From NCBI GenBank assembly GCA_002269645.1, contig NIVC01002848.1, forward strand, positions 1-64,000: a stretch of 64,000 nucleotides of DNA, read 5' to 3'. This DNA comes from Macrostomum lignano (lineage: Eukaryota). The translations under genes and the position numbers were made by a program. The first letter of the stretch is position 1, and each line of letters starts with the position of its first letter. Under the pieces are notes generated by a model. It saw only the letters and a list, made by a program, of their open reading frames with translations. It did no database searches and was not told where the DNA came from. Positions 1 to 10,759 of this stretch are shown here, in pieces.

Positions 1-630
1 TGTCAGATCTGATTGTTTTGGGATGTCAGATCTGATTGTTTTGGGGTGTCAGATCTGATTGTTTGGGGCTGTCAGATCTGATTGTTTTGGGGTGTCAGAT
101 CTGATCGTTTTGGGGTGTCAGATCTGATCGTTTTGGGGTGTCAGATCTGATTGTTATGGGTGTCAGATCTGATTGTTTTGGGGTGTCAGATCTGATTGTT
201 TTGGGGTGTCAGATCTGATTGTTTTGGGGTGTCAGATATGTTTGTTTTGGGGTGTCAGATCTGAATGTTTTGGGGTGTCAGATCTGATTGTTTTGGGGTG
301 TCAGATGATTGTTTTGGGGTGTCAGATATGTTTGTTTGGGGTGTTCAGATTTGATTGTTTTGGATGTCAGATCTGATTGTTTTGGGGTGTCAGATCTGAT
401 TGTTTTGGGGTGTCAGATCTGAATGTTTTGGGGTGTCAGATCTGATTGTTTTGGGGTGTCAGATCTGATTGTTTTGGGGTGTCAGATCTGATTGTTTTGG
501 GTGTCAGATCTGTTTGTTTTGGGGTGTCAGATCTGATTGTTTTGGGGTGTCAGATCTGATTGTTTTGGTGTGTCAGATCTGATTGTTTTAGGGTGTCAGA
601 TCTGATTGTTTTAGGGTGTCAGATAAGATT
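1..630. repeat. Minisatellite, 23-bp unit TGTCAGATCTGATTGTTTTGGGG, about 27 copies, runs off the window start
   Basis: Unit recurs at 1, 24, 47 and onward. ORF 173..376 is a translation of the repeat. Confidence 0.97.
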
Positions 631-1479
631 TTGGGTGTAATAACAGATCATAGTAAATGTGCAATATTTATTTAATAATTCTTTCTTTATTAGCATATGT
701 ACAGACTGTATCGTGCAATTTATGCGTCAAAAATTGCTAATTTTATTGCTAATTTGTTTAGAAATAAATTTCGTACTTCAACTCACTGCTGATATTGAAC
801 TGCAGTTGCTTAATTACTGTCGTTTTTTACCCATTTTTGCACTTTTTATAACTCAAAACTGAAGTGCTACTGAAAGTAGTTATACGGATTGTTTGCTTTT
901 AAAAATAATTAATTAATCTTTTGATACTAAGATTGGCGTGCCTTTTCGATAATTATTCACCTATTTAGTTGATTATACAATTATATGAACTGATTATTTA
1001 GGCTCAATTGTCTTCCTGCAAAAGTTACAAATTTGTATTTTAAAAAACTTGGTCGAGTTGCAATATAAATTTCGCCATTTTTAGCGTCGCATCTTTAAAC
1101 GGACCATGTTTTTTTGTTATTCGATTGTTTCAGCAGCTCAAATTGCATGCTAATTAATATTGTATGCAAGTAAATAATCATTTGAGTTTTATTTCTTCAT
1201 AATGCAATTTTAGTTGTACCTTTTGGTATAGTTTTTTTTCTAATCGCAGCCTCTTGCAATCTCTTTTATACTCTAGACCGATGGTTTTACCTTCCCCTGT
1301 GCTGTATACGGTTCGTGTGCTAATTAAAATTGCAAATATATTTGTAACAGTTGAAGTCGTACTCCCTAATCGGTAGGTTATTTATTTATTTATGTGTTTA
1401 CCGTTCAACAAAAACAAAAAACAATTTTCCATCTTTAAACTTTTTGGCAACTTTTTCTTGTTTCTGTGTATAAAAAACT

Positions 1480-2533
1480 GTGTTTATTGGCAGGTAGATC
1501 AGAATCTTCCCATGTAGATCTGTGTGTTGATTGGCAGGTAGATCAGAATCTTCCCATGTAGATCGGTGTGTTAATTAATTGGCAGGTAGATCAGAATCTG
1601 CCCATGTAGATCGGTGTGTTAATTGGCAGGTAGATCAGAATCTTCCCATGTAGATCGGTGTGTTAATTAATTGGCAGGTAGATCAGAATCTGCCCATGTA
1701 GATCGGTGTGTTAATTGGCAGGTAGATCAGAATCTGCCCATGTAGATCTGTGTGTTAATTAATTGGCAGGTAGATCAGAATCTGCCCATGTAGATCTGTG
1801 TGTAATTGGCAGGTAGATCAGAATCTGCCCGTGTAGATCTGTGTGTTAATTAGCAGGTAAGATCAGAATCTGCCCATGTAGATCGGTGTGTTAGTTAGCA
1901 GGTAAGATCAGAATCTGTCCATGTAGATCTGTGTGTAATTAGCAGGTAAGATCAGAATCTGTCCATGTAGATCTGTGTGTAATTAGCAGATAAGATCAGA
2001 ATCTGCCCATGTAGATCTGTGTGTAATTAGCAGTTAAGATCAGAATCTGCCCATGTAGATCTGTGTGTAATTAGCAGATAAGATCAGAATCTGCCCATGT
2101 AGATCTGTGTGTAATTAGCAGTTAAGATCAGAATCTGTCCATGTAGATCTGTGTGTAATTAGCAGATAAGATCAGAATCTGCCCATGTAGATCTGTGTGT
2201 AATTAGCAGTTAAGATCAGAATCTTCCCATGTAGATCTGTGTGTTAATTGGCAGGTAGATCAGAATCTGCCCATGTAGATCAGTGTGTTAATTGGCAGGT
2301 AGATCAGAATCTGCCCATGTAGATCTGTGTGTTTATTGGCAGGTAGATCAGAATCTGCCCATGTAGATCAGTGTGTTAATTGGCAGGTAGATCAGAATCT
2401 TCCCATGTAGATCGGTGTGTTAATTAATTGGCAGGTAGATCAGAATCTGCCCATGTAGATCTGTGTGTTTATTGGCAGGTAGATCAGAATCTGCCCATGT
2501 AGATCTGTGTGTTGATTGGCAGGTAGATCAGAA
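1480..2533. repeat. Minisatellite, ~44-48-bp unit TTGGCAGGTAGATCAGAATCTGCCCATGTAGATCTGTGTGTTAA, upstream of the FKBPL-like ATG
   Basis: Directly visible. Almost every unit carries CAG|GTAG or CAG|GTAAG on the + strand. Confidence 0.96.
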
Positions 2534-2588
2534 TGTACGAGTACCTGTGTATTCTAACTGTAGCCATTTGATTGACAGCTTAGTAACT

Positions 2589-4404
2589 ATGCTCAAACGG
2601 ATGATAATAAAATGCATGGCCGATAGTCACCTGCGCTGGTTTAACCAGCTCGGTTCTGAGGTCAAGCGAGACTCTGACGCTGTCACAGCTAATAACTTCG
2701 AATGCCTTCAAGATAGGGACACCTGTCGGGTGCTAATTAAAGAATGGCAGTGCGCCACAGTCGAATCTCCGATAGAAATCGGATTAGAATCCGAAATTGT
2801 GATTGGATCAAACCTGGGTGATCTGGCGTGGGATCTGTTGTACAGCTGCGTGCTCGGTGCCCGAGTTGGTCACACCTGTGAAGTTGATTGGCAGCCAGAT
2901 TATGCTGATAGCCACATTGGATCGCCTCCTGTTGAACGGTTTCGAGCTGAAATTCTGGTAAGTTTACCCCTTTTTTAGTTCCATTGGCACCAGGCACCAC
3001 CTTATATAGAAGTCATGCAGAATCACGCTGCAAACTCGTGGGCCTTCTAGAATAAGCCGCCTGTGTACTTTCGTTACTGTCTTAGTCGTTTCTTTAGTTC
3101 ATCTGCCCTCCTCTCTGTTTACTCCGTTTTCTCTCCCTCTGTCTAGTTCAGTCTTGTTATTTTTATCTCTCTCCCTAGCTGCCTTCTGATTGGCTCTTCA
3201 ATCTCGCCTCTTTCCGCAGTCGCGCACTCCACACCCCTCGTTTTCTTATCAGCACCCAACTCAACCCCCCCCCCCCTAATTAATCAATATAATTGCATGG
3301 GTTTGCGCCCCACTCACAGATTCTTGTTTAATGTATTATAACAAAATTCAATGCTTTTTTCTTATTCTTATCAGCGTAATCGTATCAATTTTTATGAACC
3401 CGATCTCATTTGAATTTGGAAACCTGAATCAATCTCTCTTAATAATCGTGGCTCATAAATAAATTTTACTATTAAACCTGATATGGTCAGATATTAAGTT
3501 TCTCTTTCTGGATTATATCGCTATTCATACAGTCTGGGCCCGTCTATCTTTATCTGTCTGTCTACTCGTGAATGTGCCTGTCTGTGTGTTTGTCTGTCTG
3601 TCTGTCTGACTGTCTGTCTGTCTGTCTGTGTGTCTGTCTGTCTTAGTGTCTATCTGACTCTATGACTCTATCTGTGTCTATCTCTCTCCCTCTCTTCCCT
3701 ATGTACCTCTTTCCTCTCTCTTGTTGCTTAAATGCTTCCACTCTTCCTTTTCTCCAAAGCTCACCTTACTTTATCAACAAGTACGGAATTAACTCCCTCT
3801 ATATAATTAATAATAAACCTTGTAGGTGACTTGTCTAGTTTCCATGGCAACTAGCTACGCCGAGCTCGACCCCGACAGCCGACTGCAACTAGCCGAACTG
3901 CACAAAACTCGCGGCAATAATTATTTTCGTTCCGGCCAGCTCGGAGCCGCTATCTTAAACTATAACCGAGCCCTAGCTTACTGCCTATTGCCCGGCAGTC
4001 TGGCGACCACCCCAGCCTCCTCCGTCTCTGATTGGTCGGCCGATTCTCGCCTGCGCAGCCTGTCCCGCCTAATCCGTCAAAACATGGCCGGTCTGCAGTT
4101 GGCTGCTAAGCCTAATTGCAATCCGGAATTCGTTATAGCCAATTGCGACGCCGCGCTAGTTAAGGCCATAGACGATGCCGATCCAGCCGATATGCTCGCT
4201 AAACGATTTTATCGGCGCGGTTGTGCCCAACTGGCGTTGGGTCAGCTAGATCTGGCGCAGACTAATCTGGCGCGAGCGGCTAGTCTTGCGCCAACTGACC
4301 GGGCTGTGTCAGCGCGACTGGCTGAAGTTGAAGCCGGTTTGAAGAGATCCGAGGCAAGGCTGGCTAGCGGGATGAAGGCGATGTTCTCGCCGGGGAAGCG
4401 TTGA
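2589..4404 (+). CDS. FKBPL: FKBP-like (degenerate PPIase) plus TPR co-chaperone, FKBPL-like; exons 2589-2957 and 3826-4404, ~315 aa (start codon tentative)
   Basis: Phase-0 join CTG|gtaagt...tgtag|GTG. Exon 1 EIVIG..DLLYSCVLGARVGHTCEV..SPPVERF resembles the FKBPL FKBP-like domain. Exon 2 has three TPR-type helical repeats (LHKTRGNNYFRSGQLGAAILNYNRAL; KRFYRRGCAQLALGQLDLAQTNLARAASLAP). Confidence 0.75.
3540..3730. repeat. (CTGT)n and CT-rich simple repeat in the FKBPL-like intron
   Basis: Directly visible. Confidence 0.85.
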
Positions 4405-4504
4405 GCATGAGGCTTTCATTTATAGTGATTCTGTTTTGTTTGGTCCTTACTGAATTCTCAATTGTGGTTTATCAATGGTCTGAATTCCCTTTCGTAGTTT
4501 TTGA

Positions 4505-5265
4505 GAGCTGATGTCTGAATCCCCCCGTAGTTTTTTAAGAGCTGATGTCTGAATTCCCCCCGTAGTTTAAGGAGCTGATGTCTGAATTCCCCCTGTACTG
4601 TTCGAGGGCTGATGTCTGAATTCCCCCCGTAGTCTTCGAGAGCTGATGTCTGAATTCCCCCTGTAGTTTTTGAGGGCTGATGTCTGAATTCTCACCGTAG
4701 TTTTTTAAGAGCTGATGTCTGAATTCCCCCGTAGTTTAAAGAGCTGATGTCTGAATTCCCCCTGTACTGTTCGAGGGCTGATGTCTGAATTCTCCCCGTA
4801 GTCTTCGAGGGCTGATGTCTGAATTCCCCCTGTAGTTTTCGAGGGCTGATGTCTGAATTCTCACCGTAGTTTTTTAAGAGCTGATGTCTGAATTCCCCCG
4901 TAGTTTAAAGAGCTGATGTCTGAATTCCCCCTGTACTGTTCGAGGGCTGATGTCTGAATTCTCCCCGTAGTCTTCGAGGGCTGATGTCTGAATTCCCCCT
5001 GTAGTTTTCGAGGGCTGATGTCTGAATTCCCCCTGTAGTTTTCGAGGGCTGATGTCTGAATTCCCCTTGTAGTTTTCAAGGGCTGATGTCTGAATTCCCC
5101 CTGTAGTTTTCGAGGGCTGATGTCTGAATTCCCCCCGTAGTTTTTGAGGGCCGGTGTCTGAATTCCCCCCCCCATAGTTTTTGAGGGCCGGTGTCTGAAT
5201 TCCCCCCCATTGTTTTTGAGGGCCGGTGTCTGAATTCCCCCCCCCCCATAGTTTTTGAGGACCGG
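4505..5265. repeat. Minisatellite, ~35-bp unit GAGGGCTGATGTCTGAATTCCCCCTGTAGTTTTC
   Basis: Directly visible tandem copies. ORF 4861..5175 is its translation. Confidence 0.95.
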
Positions 5266-5589
5266 TGTTTAAATTCCCTTTTTTAATGTCTGTCAGTAAA
5301 TAAAACTACTTTTTGCAACCTTTATGACTGCTTGGTTTCCATCAATATTTAACTTTTTACATTTCAATGTGACCGCAGACTCCAGTAAAATGTTTTTGTT
5401 GAATTCCATCTGGCACAAGTTAATACGGTGCATTTATTTTTGTTTATGAAAAACTGGCTATCTTTGCCTCAAAATGATATGTAGATTCTGCCTATTGTTG
5501 CTAAATACATAGTAACTAATCGTTTTTATAAAAACTTTCATTGTGATGTGTACTTATTGTCTTTACTTTTTGTAAGTAGAACATATCAA

Positions 5590-6830
5590 GAGCCGCCTTT
5601 TAGATTAGCTATCCTAAGAGTCGCCTTCAAACTACATTAAGAATTGCCCTTAAGCTGCCTCAAGAATCGCTCTTTAACTACCTCAAGAATCGCTCTTAAA
5701 CTACCTCAAGAATCGCCTTTAAACTGCCTCTAAACTGCCTCAACAATCGCTCTTTAACTACCTCAAGAATCGCTCTTAAACTACCTCAAGAATCGCTCTT
5801 AAACTACCTCAAGAATCGCCCTTAAACTGCCTCTAAACTACCTCAAGAATCGCTCTTAAACTGCCTCTAAACTACCTCAAGAATCGCTCTTAAACTACCT
5901 CAAGAATCGCCCTTAAACTGCCTTAACAATCGCTCTTAAACTACCTTTAGAATCGCTCTTTAACTGCCTCTAAACTACCTCAAGAATCGCCCTTAAACTG
6001 CCTTAAAATTGCCCTTAAACTGCCTTAACAATCGCTCTTAAATTACCTTTAGAATCGCTCCTAAACTGCCTGTAAACTACCTCAAGAATCGCCCTTAAAC
6101 TGCCTTGAAAATTGCCCTTAAACTGCCTTCACAATCGCTCTTAAACTACCTTTAGAATCGCTCCTAAACTGCCTCTAAACTACCTCAAGAATCGCCCTTA
6201 AACTGCCCTAAAAATCGCCCTTAAACTGCCTTAACAATCGCTCTTAAACCACCTTAAGAATCGCTCTTAAACTACCTCAAGAATCGCTCTTAAACTACCT
6301 CAAGAATCGCCCTTAAACAGCCCCAAGAATCGCTCTTAAACCACCTTAAGAATCGCTCTTAAACTACCTCAAGAATCGCTCTTAAACTACCCCAAGAATC
6401 GCCCTTAAACAGCCCCAAGAATCGCTCTTAAACCACCTCAAGAATCGCCCTTAAACTGCCTTAAAATTGCCCTTAAACTGCCTTAACAATCGCTCTTAAA
6501 TTACCTTTAGAATCGCTCCTAAACTGCCTGTAAACTACCTCAAGAATCGCCCTTAAACTGCCTTGAAAATTGCCCTTAAACTGCCTTCACAATCGCTCTT
6601 AAACTACCTTTAGAATCGCTCCTAAACTGCCTCTAAACTACCTCAAGAATCGCCCTTAAACTGCCCTAAAAATCGCCCTTAAACTGCCTTAACAATCGCT
6701 CTTAAACCACCTTAAGAATCGCTCTTAAACTACCTCAAGAATCGCTCTTAAACTACCCCAAGAATCGCCCTTAAACAGCCCCAAGAATCGCTCTTAAACC
6801 ACCTTAAGAATCGCCTTTAAACTACCTGAA
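5590..6830. repeat. Minisatellite, ~23-bp unit AAGAATCGCYCTTAAACTRCCTC with higher-order variants
   Basis: Directly visible. Confidence 0.95.
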
Positions 6831-7299
6831 AGATTGTTCCTTAGCTTTTCTTATTTGGCTGATTTTTTCTGGGACAGAACATTTCCTGTTATTTAGGCCT
6901 GATTTGCATTTTATTAGTTTGCACCTTAAATGACAGAAAGCTGAAAACATTATTTGCATTTTCCATGCCCTTTTAGTTGTGCTGCTAGTTGTTATGATTT
7001 CACGGCGTATGAATTTTTATTAATAATTGTGTTCAAATATTTGTTTATTGAAACATAACAGTTTTTTCAATTATTGATGTCAATACCAAAATTGATTAAT
7101 GGTTTTCATACAGAATGCTGGTTAACACGCAAGATGGAAAATAATTAATTTGTGACGGTCGAAACTATGAATTATATCAATGCCATTGAAGAATGTATCA
7201 ATATTTATAATGTAATGGGAGTAAAATAAACTTATAAGAATATGATAGGCAAGCATTATGTGACTAGGAATGTTGTTAAAACTCTAAACGAAGATTATT

Positions 7300-7700
7300 A
7301 GTCACCCTTCTATCACACCTGTGTCACCCTTGTATCTCACCTGTGTCACCCTTCTATCACACCTGTGTCACCCTTCTATCTCACCAATGTCACCCTTTTA
7401 TCTCACATGTGTCACCCTTGTATCTCACCTGTGTCACCCTTCTATCACACCTGTGTCACCCTTCTATCTCACCAATGTCACCCTTTTATCTCACATGTGT
7501 CACCCTTGTATCTCACCTGTGTCACCCTTGTATTTCACATGTGTCACCCTTTTATCTCACCTGTGTCACCTTTGTATCTCACCTGTGTCACCCTTGTATC
7601 TCATCTGTGTCACCCTTGTATCTCATCTGTGTCACCCTTCTATCTCACCTGTGTCACTTTTGTATCTCACCTGTGTCACCCTTCTGTCTCACCTGTCACC
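7300..7700. repeat. Minisatellite, 22-bp unit CTGTGTCACCCTTGTATCTCAC
   Basis: Directly visible. Overlapping + strand ORFs 7321, 7343 and 7365 are repeat translations. Confidence 0.95.
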
Positions 7701-7788
7701 GTCATTTTTCATTAACCAAAGAGACCTCACTGCTCACGCAAAAGTCTTAAGATATTTTGTCAGTGGAATATTCACAATGCCGAATTGT

Positions 7789-8181
7789 TCAATGCATAGA
7801 ATTGCATCTGTGCCTGAGCTTCAAGTGCCAGCCGTCATCGACCACAACGGCAGCGGCAACTGCGACAGCCGCCGCCGAGCCCTGACGCTTGCGAGCAGTC
7901 AGCAGATCCCACTGATCGTGTCGGATATTTTTCAATCTTTGTTGAAACTCCTTTTCTAACGCTCGTTGAGTCTCTTTCAATCGGGCACGCTCAACAATGT
8001 TCATTGACTTGACTTGACGTCCGCGGTCGCGATCCTGAATGCAGGTCTCCCAGACCAGCTCCTCTCGTTTGTCATTCTTTCTCCGTTGTACAGCTTCGTA
8101 GTAGTCTTTAGCGCTCTGAGGCCTGTCATAGTTTGTAATTGTTGACTGAATGGGTTGCTGCTGAGTTAGAATGATGCTCAT
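7789..8181 (-). CDS. Intronless 130-aa protein of unknown function with a central charged coiled coil
   Basis: Non-repetitive ORF with AAAAGC-ATG context and a heptad-like segment ERARLKETQRALEKEFQQRLKNIRHDQWDLL. Its poly-Ala run is like those in the other genuine exons here, and a TATA box lies upstream. Confidence 0.65.
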   Translation of the reverse strand: MSIILTQQQPIQSTITNYDRPQSAKDYYEAVQRRKNDKREELVWETCIQDRDRGRQVKSMNIVERARLKETQRALEKEFQQRLKNIRHDQWDLLTARKRQGSAAAVAVAAAVVVDDGWHLKLRHRCNSMH

Positions 8182-8265
8182 GCTTTTGTTTCAACTTGTT
8201 GGTCAGCTAGTGTAACTAGTTGGAAAAGTGTCTGTCCTTCCTTACACTAAAAGCGTAGGCGGTCT

Positions 8266-8274
8266 CTTTATATA
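8266..8274 (-). promoter_or_regulatory. TATA box (TATATAAAG) upstream of the 130-aa gene
   Basis: Minus strand reads CC-TATATAAAG, with an initiator-like TTAGT ~26 nt downstream and the ATG ~85 nt downstream. Confidence 0.55.
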
Positions 8275-8809
8275 GGCGCGAACGCAAGTGTTGATAATTT
8301 ATTCAAATTAATTCTGGAACTTTCTTAGCGTTGTACGATAAGCAGCGAGCTGAAATTGTTTTGTTATTGTTTTTTGGCACGATTTTCTTAATGCCATCAT
8401 TTCCTTTGGTTTGTTATTGTAGCTATGGTTGCTATGCTAATACTGATCACGCTGGTTCTGAGTGCTGCTATAATGGGACAACTACGAGTAATATGCTAGA
8501 TTTCGCTGCAAAATGCATTAGCATTTAGGAAGTATTCTGTTTTGCTTAGCTCTAATTTATCAATATTTCACAGCAAGAGTCTCATAGTTTCGCCGGAACT
8601 CTGCTTGCTTGCTTAGCAGTTCATGAAATAGCTATAGCTTTGATTAATTTGTGGCTGCACCTCTGACAAAATGCATGCTTCATTTGGAATTCGGAAGTCC
8701 CGAATATGGTGGGGCATCTTTAGAATCTTTCTCTTTTAAATTAAAAAAAATAAATAAGCGTATGTACTCTACAAGTTTACTCTAAGTAGTCAAATTCGCT
8801 TATTTCTGC

Positions 8810-10073
8810 ATGGCCTCAAAACTCATCGTCGGCAAACTCGTCTATCCAGTTTGCCTGGAAACGGAAATCGGATTCGAGTCAGACTACTTTGAGTAGCACT
8901 GTGCGGTCTGGTCTCTCTGACCGGAAAAATGTCTTTGATCGCTTGGATAACAACGACGATTGCAGTTTGTTGCCATTGACAACCATTAAAAGGCCGCGTA
9001 CATGTGTGACAGAGACCAATAAGCGATCGATTGCTCAGAAGAGGCAATTACTAATTGATGCCGGAAGTGCATCAGCGGAATCTGGGGACTGGGCTAGCGC
9101 TTTGGTTAGCTTTCGCAAAGCGCTGAGTCTGGATAGGTAAGATCGACAAACGTGTTAATAATTACTTGTACCTTTTGAAGCACTTCTCAATAGTCAATAG
9201 TCAATTAATCCTGAACAAGCGCAATTTTTTAAAATCCGTTTACGATTTTACTCCGATCGCTCCAAAGAATGACCCCTCTAGCTAATTTCCCGAAAAATCG
9301 CCCTAATCTTTCTAAAGAATCGCCCCTGATCTCCCTAAAGAATCGCTCCTGATCTCCCTAAAGAATCGCCCCTGATCTCCCTAAAGAATCGCCCCTGACC
9401 TCCCTAAAGAATCGCCCCGGATCTCCCTAAAGAATCGCTCCTGATCTCCCTAAAGAATCGCCCCTGATCTCCCTAAAGAATCGCCCCTGATCTCCCTAAA
9501 GAATCGCCCCTGACCTCCCTAAAGAATCGCTCCTGATCTCCCTAAAGAATCGCCCCTGATCTCCCTAAAGAATCGCCCCTGACCTCCCTAAAGAATCGCC
9601 CCGGATCTCCCTAAAGAATCGCCCCTGATCTCCCTAAAGAATCGCCCCTGACCTCCCTAAAGAATCGCCCCGATCCACACACCCAAGATAGTAACATCCA
9701 TTCTATCTTGGTTATCCATATTTTCAGCGCAGAAACTTCCGACCAATCGCAGCAGCGCGCCCGCCTACTAGAAATGGCCGCTCAGGCGCACTTGGCGCTT
9801 GGCGAATTCTGCGCCGGCGCCGGATTGGCCACTGAGGCGGTCAGCTTGGCGCCAAACTGGGCGCCGGCTCGCCAAACTCTCGGCCGGTGTCAGGTGAGCG
9901 CCGGGCTGACCAGACAAGCCTTGAAGTCGTTCGCCTACGCGTGCTTCTTGGACCCCACCGAGCCGGATATCTGGCACAAAGACCTGCTGTGGACTTGGGA
10001 TCTGTGCCGCGCTGAGAACCAAGGACACAAAGGCGGCGAGGATCACGGGGAGACTCGCGGGAAAATTCCCTAA
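8810..10073 (+). CDS. TTC33: Tetratricopeptide repeat protein 33; exons 8810-9136 and 9728-10073, ~223 aa after correcting one extra base at 8818-8821
   Basis: QFAWKRK matches the TTC33 N-terminal FGWKRK. Exon 2 LLEMAAQAHLALGE..APNWAPARQTLGRCQ..P.EPDIWHKDLLW matches the TTC33 TPR region. Phase-2 join AG|gtaag...tttcag|C. Confidence 0.9.
9290..9675. repeat. Minisatellite, 23-bp unit AAAGAATCGCCCCTGATCTCCCT in the TTC33 intron
   Basis: Directly visible. Confidence 0.95.
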
Positions 10074-10431
10074 TCGTGTAGAAAACTATCTAGATGTGAA
10101 AAATTCAATGTTGTCTTTCTGCGTATTTATGTGTTTAGCTGAATTTTTTGTTTAAACTTTTGTCAAAATGTATCAAAATATATGTTTAACGTATGAATGT
10201 CTTATTTATTCTAATAGGATTTGTGTGGTTAACTTTGGAGCTTCTTAAACTTTCAATCTAGATTTAAAAGTTTATGTATTAGTTGTCGTCTTAGTAGAGA
10301 TTTGCTAAGACTCTAAATGTGTCATTCTAGTTTATCAACTAATTTCATATTTGCATGCTCTGCTCAAGCTCAAAGTATTCGTTATATTAAAGAATTAAAG
10401 TCAAATCATATCAAAAGAATTTGAGCACACC

Positions 10432-10662
10432 ATGGGCTCCCTGTGCTGCTGTTTTGGCGGCGACTCTGACGAGCATCGGCATGTGAACCAGCCCAGCCCG
10501 GAGACTCGCCGGCGACAGTTGGCAGAAGCGGCCGAAAATCGTCTCTCGTCCAGAGGGCCAAGCGAAGAGGCGGCCAGAAGGCAGAAACGACAGGACGAAG
10601 CTGACAGGATCAATATGGAGAAGGGTCGGGATAACACCGGGCTCAGTTGGCGGGTGGACTGA
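10432..10662 (+). CDS. SVIP: Small VCP/p97-interacting protein, 76 aa, intronless
   Basis: N-terminal MGxxCCCF (myristoyl/palmitoyl type), VIM-like RRRQLAEAAENR, and C-terminal GLSWRVD matching the SVIP GLRWTVS pattern. Confidence 0.9.
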   Translation: MGSLCCCFGGDSDEHRHVNQPSPETRRRQLAEAAENRLSSRGPSEEAARRQKRQDEADRINMEKGRDNTGLSWRVD

Positions 10663-10759
10663 TTGAAAAGCGGATCGATTGATTATTTGTTTCATAGTTA
10701 TTATTCCTGTAATTTGCAAGAAAATTTATTTTTAAATGTTGTTTGAAGATATTGAAACC

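Noticed and set aside
1330-1380. Possible micro-exon (aacag|TTGAAGTCGTACTCCCTAATCG|gtagg) upstream of FKBPL-like
   Set aside because: Splice-like ends only. No homology or phase evidence is available from the sequence alone.
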